Part shown: one piece after another, positions 24,760 to 37,049 of the stretch | Layout of the letters: every line of letters starts with the position of its first letter | How positions within the stretch are numbered: position 1 is the first letter of the stretch | Origin: Chiloscyllium plagiosum | Lineage: Eukaryota | NCBI RefSeq assembly: GCF_004010195.1 | Contig: NC_057719.1 | Coordinates: forward strand, 17,240,893 to 17,304,892 | Direction: 5' to 3' | DNA: 64,000 nucleotides | The notes under the pieces: model-generated | What the model was told of the DNA's origin: nothing | The model's input: only the letters and a program-made list of their open reading frames with translations | Database searches by the model: none | Program-made: the position numbers and the translations under genes

Positions 24760-25760
24760 GATTCTCTTCTCTCGCATTGCAAAAACCCTGCTTGCTGCAA
24801 AGAGCAGCTGAATATTAAAAGAGGGAAAAAATGCAAAGCAAAAAGAGTGGCTGTCTATTTAAATGGCACAGTGTAATCAGTGCTTTTTGTTTGTGCTCTC
24901 GGAAGGCAGTGATGGGAAGTCCAGTCACTGCCGGGACAGTAATAGCCCTTCCTCATAACCTGAATGCGCCCTCCGATGTTAACATACTGTGAACTGAGCA
25001 GAAGTGACAAAAACAATCCATCACGTATGCATGAACACAAAGAAGAATTGAGAGGTTAACAGAAATTGATGACATCCCTGCTCGACTCTTACACTGATTC
25101 GGCCGAGTCTGCGATTGAAACAGACAGAGATTTATAGGAAGAGTTGGGATAGTGGCTCTTTTTGATTGCCTTGATTTTTTTTTTAGCTGCTCTGCATATT
25201 TATTCCTCAGCCCATCAGCACCTTGCAGTATTAGAATGCTGATTCGATTTTACATGCTACGAGCAGGCATTATGCGGCCATTTGCATGATGTGAAAAAAA
25301 TCATTCTAACCGTTTGTGATGCCGCTGATGAAATGAACCCTAATGCTTGCTGCATAAGTGGAATCTTGTATTTTTTTTAAAATTCAGATTTTTATATCAG
25401 CCTGCACCCTCCCCACCCCCACCCCCACCCTCCAACCTACCCATTGCATCTCAAAAAGAATTATTCCATCTTTTAAATGAGAAAATGTGTTTTTGTCTTT
25501 GCCTCGAAGGGAAACAGCTGTATTGGTTTTTTTTTATGAATTCATTTGAAGTAAGAAGTTAGAAAGCAAGGAGGAACAAAAATAAAAGCATCGACTGTGT
25601 TTTTTTTCCTTTGAAGGTGTCACAATTACAAAAGGCTCTTATCAATTAATTTTGACAGAAAAATAATTATTGTCTCTCAGCAATGATAGATATCTTTCAT
25701 AGCCAAGATTTTTATTGGCTGTGTTTGGGAGACGTGTGAAGGTATGTCGGTGACTTGTTT
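24760..25760. promoter_or_regulatory. TE-free block resembling conserved non-coding elements (putative enhancer cluster)
   Basis: No recognisable repeat; octamer ATTTGCAT 25280-25287, TAAT/ATTA and TGACA/TGTCA motifs, retained CpGs; conservation not verifiable here. Confidence 0.4.
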
Positions 25761-25799
25761 CAGGGATACTAGAATTGTGCTAACTTTTCTTCATGGAAT

Positions 25800-25997
25800 C
25801 CCTATCCCTGTAACTCGACATTTCCCATGGCCAGGCCACCTAACCCACACATCTTTGGACTCTGGGAGGAAACCAGAGCCCCAGACGAAGCCCATGCAGA
25901 CACACTGAGAATGTGCAAACTCTACACTGACAGTCGCACGAATTGAGCCCGGGTCCCCCCCACTGTGAGGCAGCCGTGCTAACCATTGAGCCACCAT
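25800..25997 (-). mobile_element. HE1 V-SINE (3'-truncated)
   Basis: cacatctttggactctgggaggaaaccagagc...gtgcaaactc...gtgctaaccattgagccacc. Confidence 0.8.
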
Positions 25998-26432
25998 TTT
26001 CATGTTTAATATAGCTCACTTGCCCTCCCTATCACACTTGTCACAATGCCACAGCTTTGCACCACTCATTGCCACCCCAGCTCTCCAATACCCATTCTCT
26101 GCATTGTAAATCTGAGGGGTCAATCCGAACAAAATGTAAGGCAAGTGTGGAATAGGAACATCTTTGCAACTAAAACCCTTCCTCCCGCCCCCACTTCTCC
26201 CATTCTGCTCAACAGACTGGAGTTGGTGCTCAGGCGGTGGTCAGGGGAGGGGGAGGAGGGAGTTGGAAATGAGATGGTCACAAAAGACATGGAACAAACA
26301 ATTTTGATTTTCTCCAAATTTCTCCTCTCAACTCCAACACCACCACCCCCATTTTCGAAACTGATGCAAAGAAAACTTCATCGTTCACAGAAAATAGGAG
26401 CCATTCTGCCCATCAAGCCAAATCCTATCAAA

Positions 26433-26895
26433 AAGAAAGACTTGCATTTATACAGCTACTTTCACAACAAAGCAGTTTGCAGCCAATGAATTTACTCATT
26501 TAAGTGTATTCGCTATTAGTGTAATGCAGAAGGTTTAAGGCAAAGGACAGAGATTTAGAGAAGGTACAAGGAAATACTTTTTTCACGGAGACAGTGGTGG
26601 GAAATTGGAACTCACTACCTATTAGGTTGGTAGAGGCAGAAATCCTCATAATATTTAAGAAGCATTTAGTGTGGCACTTGCAATGCCAAGATGTACAAGG
26701 CTTTGGGCCAAGTGATGGAAAATGAGATCAGAATAGTTAGGTATTGTTTGTGACTGGTACAGATGTGATGGGCCGAAAGGTCTCTTTCTGTTGCGTAGAC
26801 CTCAATGACTTTGTGCACAGCGAGGGCACACAAATAGCAAAATTACAGCAACCAGATAATCTGTTTCAATAATCTTGATCAAATGATAAATATCT
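26433..26895 (-). mobile_element. Deu-domain SINE 3' part split by a CR1 tail (26530-26810, + strand)
   Basis: aagaaagacttgcatttatacagc...cagccaatgaa, resuming at tttgtgcacagcgagg...accagataatctgttt after the CR1 segment. Confidence 0.65.
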
Positions 26896-27181
26896 ATAAA
26901 TATGAAGCAAAAATCTCTTTAAAATCAATAATTTATTTCTCCTAATTTCCCATCTACATAATAAAAAGAAATCTGAATTTGATGAGTTCTGATTATCTGG
27001 TACTGACTGCTAGCTGCTCTGCACACTCTACCAAAAACTTTTCATCTCCAAGTGATGATATTGCTGGCTGATTATGTAAAATGTAAAATAAAAATCAACA
27101 AAGGAATCTGTTTTGTAAAACGAGTTTATCATGAGGGATTAAATAGAATTGGGCAGAGACATCAGCAATCAGCATATACCA

Positions 27182-27930
27182 GACACACACACCCACAAAC
27201 ACACACACACCCCACTCACACACACACCCACACACATCCCACTTACTCACNNNNNNNNNNNNNNNNNNNNNNNNNNNNNNNNNNNNNNNNNNNNNNNNNN
27301 NNNNNNNNNNNNNNNNNNNNNNNNNNNNNNNNNNNNNNNNNNNNNNNNNNNNNNNNNNNNNNNNNNNNNNNNNNNNNNNNNNNNNNNNNNNNNNNNNNNN
27401 NNNNNNNNNNNNNNNNNNNNNNNNNNNNNNNNNNNNNNNNNNNNNNNNNNNNNNNNNNNNNNNNNNNNNNNNNNNNNNNNNNNNNNNNNNNNNNNNNNNN
27501 NNNNNNNNNNNNNNNNNNNNNNNNNNNNNNNNNNNNNNNNNNNNNNNNNNNNNNNNNNNNNNNNNNNNNNNNNNNNNNNNNNNNNNNNNNNNNNNNNNNN
27601 NNNNNNNNNNNNNNNNNNNNNNNNNNNNNNNNNNNNNNNNNNNNNNNNNNNNNNNNNNNNNNNNNNNNNNNNNNNNNNNNNNNNNNNNNNNNNNNNNNNN
27701 NNNNNNNNNNNNNNNNNNNNNNNNNNNNNNNNNNNNAACACCCTCATACACACACTGCACACACACATGCGTACACACACATATACACTCTCCCCCCACA
27801 CACATACACACACAATCCACCCCCACACCCACATCCCACACATACACCCCATCCACCTATACACACACCACACACACATACACACCACATACACTTAGAT
27901 ACATGCACAAACACATGTGCGCACACCACA
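27182..27930. repeat. (CA)n-rich simple repeat containing assembly gap 27251-27736
   Basis: Imperfect CA/CAC runs on both sides of the N run. Confidence 0.95.
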
Positions 27931-28237
27931 ACTACATCCCAGAGCCACTGACGCTGAAAGCAGAATCGTTACAGAATCGAATGAGAGATTTGGTGAAGCC
28001 ATTCAAGAACATCACACTCCATATTTTATGCTTTTGCCAAATTTCTCGCAAGGCAGCACTGAGTTGCCAATTAAGAGGGAATTTTTGCTTGTTAATCATC
28101 TTGTTGACAGCCCAACTTGTCACATTAATATTCAGCTTTTTATCTTACCAACCATACCGAAAAGCTAGATGTCAAGAAATTTCAACATGGAAATCAAAGT
28201 GGGTACTTGCCAATTTCAGCATGTTGCTTGCTGTGAA

Positions 28238-29770
28238 AGAATCATGGAGTTATATAGTATGGAAATAGATCTTTTGGTCCAAATAATTCATGCCGACCAT
28301 GTTCCCAAACCAAGCCTGTCCTGCTTGCCTGCATTTGGCCCATATCCCTCCCAAACTTTCCTATTCATAAACTTATGCAAGTTTTTTATAAATGGTGTAA
28401 CTGTACCTGCATCCACACTTCCTCTGGCAGTTCAGTCCACACATGAATCATTCTTTGTGTAAAAAAATTGACCCTCACATCCCTTTTAAACCTTTCTCCT
28501 CTCACCTTAAAAATATGCACCCTAGTTTTGAACTCCCCCACCCTAGGGAAAAAGACTTTGTTACTTAGTTTATCTATGCCTCTTAATGATTTTATAAAAC
28601 TCTATGTGGTCACCCCTCAACCCCATATTCCAGTGAAAAACCTCCCAGCCTATCCAGCCTGTCTTTCTAACTCAAACCTTCCATTCCCAGCAACATCCTG
28701 GTATTGTAAATCTTTTCTGAATCGTCTCCAATTTAATAATATCCTTCCTATAGCAGGTGACCAGAACTGTACACAGTACTCTAAAGAAGCCTGACCAACA
28801 TCCTGTACAACTACTACATGATGTCCCAAATACTATACTCAAAGGTCTGAGCAATGAAGGCAAGCGTGCTAAATGCCTCTTTAACCCTGTCTACGCGTGA
28901 TTCAAAATTCAAAGGATTACGTACCTGAACCCCGAGGTCTCTCTGTTCTACAACATTACCCATGACCCTATCACTAATTGTACAAGTCCTCCCGTTACTT
29001 GTCTTATCAAAATGCAACAGACAATCAAGGTATTTTTCAATGTATAATTTCACTTACATCACACTGTAAATTTTTGTTATAAACTCTGTGCCTTACAATT
29101 GTGTACTCCACCTCCACCTGATGAAGGAGCGGCACCCCGAAAGCTAGTGCTTCCAATTAAACCTGTTGGACTAGAACCTGGTGTTGTGTGATTTTTAACA
29201 AAATGCAATATATCACATTTTTTCAAATTAAACTCCATCTGCCACCCTTCAGCTCATTGACCCAATTGATCAAGATCTCTTTGTAATCTTAGATAACTTT
29301 CTTCACTGTTGTCCATAAATTTACTAACCATGCCTCTTATATTGACATCCATATCAATTATAGAAATAACAAACAAAAGTGGACCCAGTACCGATCCTTG
29401 TGGAATATCGCTGGTCGGAGACCCCCAGTCTGAAAAACAACCCTCCACCGCTACCCTCGGTCTCCTACCTTCAAACCATTTTTGTATCAAATTTCTCCCT
29501 TGAAACTCATGTGATCTAACTTTACCAATTAGTCTACCATATGGAATCTTGCAAAAGGCTTTACTAAAGTGCAGTGTAAACAATCTCTATCATTCTGCCC
29601 TCATCAATCGTTTTGGTTACTTCCTCAAAAAATTCAATCGAGTTTGTGAAGCATAATTTCCCTCACATGAAGCCACGCTGACTGTCCTTAATCAGTCCTT
29701 GCCTCTCCAAATCCATGTAAATCCTAACTTTCAGAATGACCTCCAACAACTTACCCACCACCGATGTTGC
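28238..29770 (-). mobile_element. HER1/CR1 LINE RT fragment with nested PLE
   Basis: Minus ORFs: FSKAFCKIPYGRL, PQGSVLGPLLFVI, LQRDLDQLGQ, EQRDLGVQV, ETIQKRFT. Confidence 0.9.
29018..29198 (+). mobile_element. PLE 3' fragment (second family) with hammerhead and 10-bp TSD
   Basis: caaaatgcaa at 29008-29017 and 29199-29208; CAC-CTGATGA-A-GGAGCGGCACCCC-GAAA-GC-TA-GTG at 29115-29149. Confidence 0.85.
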
Positions 29771-30024
29771 TTAGGACCAAACAGTATTTCAGGGCACCAG
29801 CTGTATACGGTCCTCACCCATGGGCATTGGCATCTGGCAATTCTTCACATCCATCATGGTGCCCAACTAACATTGAAAGACTCCAATCTGGACATTTTGT
29901 GCACAGGGGCAGGCACCCAGCATCAGAGCAAGCTTCATGTCAGGGCTGCTCGCTTGCTCTCATATAACTTAATACCTTCTTGCTTGCTCATACCATTTAT
30001 GTCTTGCCTTGGCATGCCAACTAG

Positions 30025-30420
30025 ACCATAAGGCAAAGGATATAGGAGCAGCAGTACGCTATTCAGTCCATCAAGTCTTCTCCACCATTTGATCATGGCT
30101 GATAGGTTTCCCAACCCCATTCTCTGCCTTCTCTCTCACATCCTTAATCCTCTTACTGATCAAGAACCTATCTATCTCTGTCTTAAATTCACTCAGTGAC
30201 TTGGCCTCCGCAGTCTTGTGCGACAATGAGTTGCACAGAGTTACCATCCTCTGGCTGAAGTAATTCCTCCTCATCTCACTTCTAAAGAGTCATCTCTTCA
30301 CTCTGAGGCTTTGCCCTCAGGTCCTAGTCTCTGAGGATTTCTCCACATCCACTTGTCCAGGCCTCTCAGAATCCTCTAAGTTTTGATCAGATCATCCATA
30401 AGCCTTCTCAGCTCAATCAA
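30025..30420 (-). mobile_element. CR1 LINE 3' end
   Basis: ORF 30071-30274 MRRNYFSQRMVTLCNSL..FKTEIDRFL; tail ataggagcagcagtacgctattcag. Confidence 0.85.
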
Positions 30421-31440
30421 TTACAGACCCATGGATGGGAGGGAATCATGCAGGAGGGGACCATTGAGCCCTGGTCAACAGCATCCTGATTTTAGAGGGG
30501 TTGGGGGGGGAAGGAGTTCAAGACCACACCTGGCATGGGCACCTCAGATGGCAAGGGCTGGATGGGGAAAGGTGGGCAGATAGGGATTCAGTTGGATGGG
30601 TCGGGTGAAATTCTAATGAGGTATGAAGCCTATGGGAAGGGTCATCCTGAGGGGGATCTGGAAGCCTGGGGTCTCACGAATACACAAACGCGAAGACTTG
30701 AAATCCTGCCTGAAGACTGTTCGCTGTCACCTTCCATTGAAACTATGCAATGGGAAAGAAATGGCTGTCACAGCATGAGTGGGTCAACATAGAACAGCAC
30801 AAGACAGGAACAGGCCCTTTGGCCCACCATGTCTGTGCCAACCATGATGCCATTCTAAACTCCCAACTGCCTGCACATAGTCAATATCCATCTATTCTCT
30901 GCTTGTTTATGTATCTCAGCCTGTGAAGTTTGGGTTTTTCAAAGGGCAAGATGTTACACGTGGACCCATTCATTATACCAGGCACAGAAGTCCCTGATCC
31001 CTGGCCATTCTAATGCAATGTCCTCCCACTTGTTTGTTTTGCAACACCCTGTCCCAGACCTCACTGAACAATTCATTCAAGGCAACCCTTTTGGACACAG
31101 CCAGAGGGAGAAATGGGGAAGGGGGGGACCAGAACACATTGAGACACCATGTGGTCTTCTCCTACCTGAGGGAGGGCAGGTCCCTGCTGTCCGGCAGTTT
31201 TCGGAGATTGTGGTTCCCAAACATTCTCCCACTAACATTCTCTCCAAGGTGTCAGGATCTGAGCCATTGGGGTGAAGGGGGAGTGTACAGGAAGCAGCCT
31301 CGCCAATGATTTCTGTAGAGGTACAAGTGGTGTTAGCAGTGACAAAAGGGAAGGCATCAGAGCCAGTGGTTAGACGTGGCATGCTACAAAGGAGATTGAC
31401 AATGCGGTTCTTGCGAGAGTTGCAGTGAATGAAACCTTGC

Positions 31441-31598
31441 CCAGTTGGTGAGATATGGATGTCTTGGCATCTTCATAGGAGTGCGTCGATACCATCTACA
31501 AGATCCTGTATTCTCTCCTAATAGGAAATGAAGGAGGTAATGTCAGGCATTCCTCCACCTCTCTAGGCCCTTTCAGTGTCAACCTGGACCGTGCTCTC
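31441..31598 (-). pseudogene. Decayed exon of a Harbinger ORF2 Myb/SANT-like (NAIF1/MSANTD-related) protein
   Basis: Acceptor ctctttctcttattctag then ESTVQVDTERA*RGGGMPDITSFISY*ERIQDLVDG (cf. EKxAHNxRERxxTGGGxPxxxxLTxYEERxxxLxG); two in-frame stops; decayed donor gcaagg. Confidence 0.55.
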
Positions 31599-33012
31599 CT
31601 AGAATAAGAGAAAGAGAGGCATTGAGGTAAGTGAAAAGAGTGTGACCTGGCTGTAAGTACTGGGGCTGGTGGTCAAAAGGTGGGGAGATATCCCAATGGA
31701 GTAAGGGGGCAACACAGAGGCCATGGGAAGGTCAGTCGAATAGGGAGTTGGGGAGAAGGGTTTAAGATTAAGCAATGGATATGTGTCCTTTCTTTCAACA
31801 ACCACAGTCTTTGCAATCTAAAAAAAATTAACTTGTTTGATGCTTTGTTGGCACTCATCATATTGCTGTATACCAATCTAAGACTAACTTAATTTGAATC
31901 AGACACGACTGATCACGTATAGGTCATGAATAGTCCAGATTGTTTGGGACTCTGTAGGGGATAGGTAGTCAACTCTTGTTACAACAAACTTAGTTATTTC
32001 CAATGTCTCAGGGATTCCAGATGAAACCCCAATGAAACCGATGCACTTCAACCTCAGATAAAATAACCCTTGTTACAACAAACATCTGCTTAGCAGTTTC
32101 CCTCTGCAGCATTTTGTAATTGATTGTAGCTCTGTTATCATAAGCCTAATGTGAATCATTTTGCCCATAGAATTTTAGTGCAACGTTAACCAATAATGGA
32201 ATTTGGAAATGCACACTCTCCTGGTCAGACCCGTGATGAGAGTTTGTTTTACAACCAGCTGACTGGACACCACCAAGATTCAGATTTAGATTCTGACCTT
32301 TCACTGTAGCCTCCAAAACCGACGAACCAGGGCTTTGTCATAAAAATTGTTGACTCAGTCGCAAGATGTGGACATTGCTGTTAAGGCCACATTTGTCACC
32401 CTTGAGAAGGTGGTAGCGAGCTGCCTATTGTCTGTCTAGCTAAACTGTTTGAGACTGAAGAGGTTACAGACAGTATAGAGATAGAGGATTTCCTCCCTTA
32501 AAGGACATTAATGAACAATGACCAAAAAAGTTTTTAAAGAAGAACAACTCATTAGCTTCATGGTCACTATGACCATTTGTCAAAGATTCCATATATTGGA
32601 TTTAAGCTCCACAGTATCTCTAATGGTATTTGAACTTACACCTCCAGGTAGCAATATCTCGATATAAATGCATGTACTGTTATAATATTAGTCCAGCCCA
32701 CTGGATTGCTTGTCTTGTAACACAGCTATCACACTACTGCTTTTTGAGCCACTCTGGTGCACCTTTTAAGCCTGGTATCTAGCTGGTCCAATGTTAGCAC
32801 GGTTTAAAGAGCAAACGGCTCCAGGTTTTTCTTTTGCCTGTGTGCCTCAGGCCTCCATGGATGATCATGTTGCAGTCAGACCAGACCACTTTATCAATCA
32901 TTCCAATGACGTGTGACATTGAAACTGTGGAAGGAGTGCAAGCAAGACTCAAAACATAATGTGATCCACACATTTGTAGTCCGAAGAATTGTCATCAATT
33001 GACTTTACACCC

Positions 33013-33090
33013 ATTGGCTGTTGCCAGGCAACAGGCAAATCGCACAGACTATTTGCAATGATAAATTAGTAGCATAGTTCCTATGACAAC
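33013..33090. promoter_or_regulatory. Paired RFX X-boxes next to a CCAAT box
   Basis: GTTGCCAGGCAAC 33020-33032, GTTCCTATGACAAC 33077-33090, ATTGG 33013-33017. Confidence 0.5.
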
Positions 33091-34589
33091 TGGCTTTGTT
33101 ACTTAATTAGTTTGATTCAAAATCTGAATTGGCTTAAGGGGAGCAAGCATGTTTTCTAAAAGGGGTACACTGGCTCACATTAACTTTCTCTCCTCCCGCC
33201 CCCTTCTTTTATGTTTCTGGACAGCTTGTGCATATTCATGACAAGCTATTTCTCACATTTGCATATTGATTGATGGATCCGATCAGCGAATCAGGAGTTT
33301 GCAAGGTCCATCCATCATTGTCAGTTGTGGCTTGTTTGAACGGATTTGCTGCGCAGACCCACCGAGGCATGAGACAAAGATTCTGAGCTGGGGTGGAATC
33401 ACACAAGGTGGCCAAAGAACATTGAGAAGAGCCCAAGACAGTTTGTCCTTTAAATGTAAAGCCAGTGTCCCTACTAACATTTTACAAAGTTAAAGAACAC
33501 TAATTCCAGCCCATTACACTGAATCAAACATTGTCATCAAAGTTATTCAACACTCAAGTATATACTATACCAATGGGATGGTTTACCGGAATATTTAAAT
33601 TGCTTGAAAAAGGTGATCATCACATTCATAGGATGAGCATATTGGCTTCTATCAAACTTAGATGTTTGTAAAAACCTTTTCTCTGCTGAACAGTTAGCAG
33701 AAAGGAAAGTCATGAGACTGGACACTTTGAAGATTAAACCTCTCCAAATGGTGTGATGCTCTAAAGACTTCATCAATTGATAATGCTGTTGTTCTGTAAG
33801 CAGAACTTGTTAAAAACACTGTTTTAATTTTGGACAATGAAATTATTTCTTAAAGTTAATTCCCTTAACTCCCCCCATTTCACCTCCCCCCCCACCCCAC
33901 CCCATCCACACACCCCAGAACTAAACTTGTTTCATTTTTTAAAACTAGAATCTTTTGGTTTTGTTTTCTAAAGCCAAATTTCTTTTCAGAGTGCTTATGA
34001 TTTTGTCTCATATATTTCATAAACATATTAGCTTACGTTTCACTCTCTCAAGAACTTAGTTAAAACTTAGGAGTTTGAATGGAACTGTTTAAATAAAGAT
34101 TCATTATTTCTTCACTGGTTTTGTAAGATGTGAATACTTAAAAACAATGGAGGGATAAAAATATTGACAAGTAAATCCCAGTCATGTGGAAGTGACAATG
34201 GAAGTAAAAAGCTGTGCTTATTTGTTGGAAACATCTCCCGTCCCTTTGACATTCAGTTTAACTCTTTCTGGCTTAGTAACCTGAACTGGAGATGGCAAAG
34301 AATTGGAAGCTTTCTTTCAGCCCTCAAATATTTGGTCTTTGTAGAATTATCCAGCCTTTACAGCGCAGGAACAGGGTCTTGAGCATACCTGCCGGTGTTA
34401 ATGTTTTTTGTGAGACCCCTATCACTCTAGCCTCGTGAAAACTGCAATGGTTCAAGTGTAGGTATTTGAGACTGTCCAGAATGTGTTGTCCAATGATATT
34501 TGGACTTTGAGACAGTATTTTAGTCTTACTAATGTGAAATTCCACTTCCCGAAATAGCTGAGAAAATACCCATCTTTCATAATTACTTT

Positions 34590-35055
34590 GAACATAGAAT
34601 ATAAAATGGTCACAGTACAGGCCGTAATGCCAATCTTTTATCCTACTCTAAGATCAGACTAACCTAAGTACCCTTCATTTTACTATCATCCATGTGCCTA
34701 TCCAAGATTCACTTTAATGTCCCTAATGTATCTAACTTTACTACCACTACTGGTAGTGCATACCACACACCCACCACTCTGTGTCAAGAACCTACCTCTG
34801 ACATCGCCCTTAAACCTTCCTCCAATCACCTTAAAATTATGCCTCCTTGTGATAGCCATTTCTGCCCTGGGAAAAGATCTCTGGCTATCCACTCTGTCTA
34901 TGCCTCTCATCACCTTGTACACCTGCATCAAGTCACCTCTCATCCTTTTTCGCTCCAATGAGAAAAGCCCTAGCTCTCTCAACCTTTCTCCATAAAACAT
35001 GCCCTCCACTCCAAATCTGGTCAATCTCCCCGCACCCTCTCTAAAGCTCCCACAA
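34590..35055 (-). mobile_element. CR1/HER1 LINE 3' fragment
   Basis: ORF 34698-35024 YGERLRELGLFSLERKRMRGDLMQVYKVMRGIDRVD. Confidence 0.9.
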
Positions 35056-35249
35056 TATCAAATTTTGAGTAAATGATTTTATCAACAGGTTGTTAATTAT
35101 AGAAAAGGAAGACACTCACTTCCGTTTTTCATTAAGAGAGGAATATCAGCTTTTAGTAAGGTGAATTCATCTCTGGGATCCTGTCCAAAATAAGACTTGT
35201 TCTAGGGACAGGCAAGTAATAAGTGAGGGCTGAAGGATCACCACTGAAG

Positions 35250-35485
35250 GCAATGGTATCACCACTGAAGAAAGTTGCAGCTCATCCACAGATGAATGTT
35301 CAGCAAACAGTCTGACATTAGAGAGGAAGTGGAGGGAGGTGTTGGAGAGGTAGAACTGGGTGTGTTCGGCATACACTCAGACGCTGACCCAACGTGTACA
35401 GAGATAGTCGTTAAGTGGGGGAAGATCATGGATCGTTTGGAAGTGGAGTGGGGCAGCTTTGGAGATAATGTTGTGGGAAATGGAG
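35250..35485 (-). mobile_element. L2-clade LINE RT fragment
   Basis: MYAEHTQFYLS (cf. YADDTQLYLS) followed, after a frameshift, by SDCLLNIHLWMSCNFLQ. Confidence 0.7.
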
Positions 35486-35562
35486 GCACAGTTACTATAC
35501 TCCAACAGGTAAATATAGAAAGAAGCAATACAAGCCAACCGAGCTGGATAAATGGAGGTGAA

Positions 35563-35760
35563 GTTAAAAATCACACAACACCAGGTTAAAGTCCAACAGG
35601 TTTATTTGGAAGCACTAGCTTTCAAAGTGCTGCTCCTTCAGTAGGTGGTTGTGAGGCATTGTCAAATGGAGTCTAGATTAGAGTGTTGCTGGAAAAGCAC
35701 AGCAGTTCAGGCAACATCCGAGGAGCAGTAAAATTGACGTTTTGGGCAAAAGCCCTTCAG
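35563..35760 (-). mobile_element. Two adjacent PLE fragments from different families; the second has a 16-bp TSD
   Basis: 35563-35650 gttaaaaatcacacaacacc family; 35667-35760 Neptune type flanked by gtgaggcattgtcaaa at 35651-35666 and 35761-35776. Confidence 0.8.
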
Positions 35761-37049
35761 GTGAGGCATTGTCAAAGGTTACTGAGAAAGGTAGCGATCA
35801 GAACGTTGTGTACGACTTTGATTAGAGTCACTTCAGTGCTGTGACATGGATGAAAGCTAATGTTTCACATATGGGTTGCAGGAAAATTTGCCTTTTCTGA
35901 GGCACAAAAGACTTTGGAAGGGAAAGGGCAATATTAACACGCTGATGAAGGTGAGCATGGAATGGGGGTTCCGAAGGTATCTCAGCTTGGTTCGGCAATG
36001 AGTAATTGCTTCTCTGGTTGTCACTGGCATTTTGTAGTAATTTTCTGTGTTTTGGCTATTTCTTGTGATTCGATTCCAAATTCCATTGAAACTTGACACT
36101 GCCATAATTGCAAATGATAGCAGGCACATACAGAAAAGTGGATGTCTGGGAGTGATTACAGGACAGTAATCTGAGCAAGGGGTTCAACTGACAGCACAAA
36201 CTAGAAGACTGAAACTCAAGTCGCTTAGAACTGTCACCTGAACCCCAAGCTTACATTACGCTGCTGGATATTGCTGATATCTGTCACATTTTAATCATAA
36301 AAAAACCTGTCTTCATTTTTTTTCTGGCGATTTTATTCTGTTTGTGAGCTGACTCTGACTGTCAGAACTGCCCTTGTCCTTGATGCATGACAACATTCAC
36401 AGAGGAGGATTAATAATTGTGTGATCATCACTGTAAGAAATAATCTGCAGTTGATTACCTGGAAGTTCAACGTCCTGCACATATTAGAGATAGAATAACT
36501 GTCATAACTCTTCCAACACCTCTCTTACTTGCCTGGACAAGATACAAGAGAAAGCTTGTCATCCGATAGGTGATGCATCTCTCACCTCCAGCTTTCAACT
36601 TCCATCTCTTAACTAAAACCTTCCCTGTCCCGATTTTATGAATATCATCCTGCCATGAATACTCTTCTGAAACTTCCTGTCAGTGTTCATCCTGAACTAT
36701 GAGCTTCCTGTCTTCTGTGTGTTCCCTCCTCCCTGAAAAATTACTGCTTCAAAAATCACGCAAAACATATATTCTTTCACACAACCTCGGAACCTCATTT
36801 TTCACTTCTTTTCCTACCAGCTTTAAACACAAGCACTTCCCTTGTTTCATTTAATCTTATTTTCTAACCTTGACAACTTTCAGTTTTAAATCTCACTCGG
36901 TTTTTGAAAAAAAAGATGTTGCTGGGCAGTTTTGGAGTAACCATTTGACCAAGTCTAGCAACCAGGAATCGGAGTGAAACTGGACGCAATGAAAAATGGG
37001 CAAGTGGAAGCAGTGTGGGGTGTGGAGGATCTCCCTGTTATTTGGAGAC

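Noticed and set aside
26046..26489. 147-aa ORF
   Set aside because: Low-complexity purine/pyrimidine tracts ending in a Deu-SINE tail; no homology recognised
27052..27951. Longest ORFs (215-299 aa)
   Set aside because: Artefacts of the CA repeat and a 486-nt N gap
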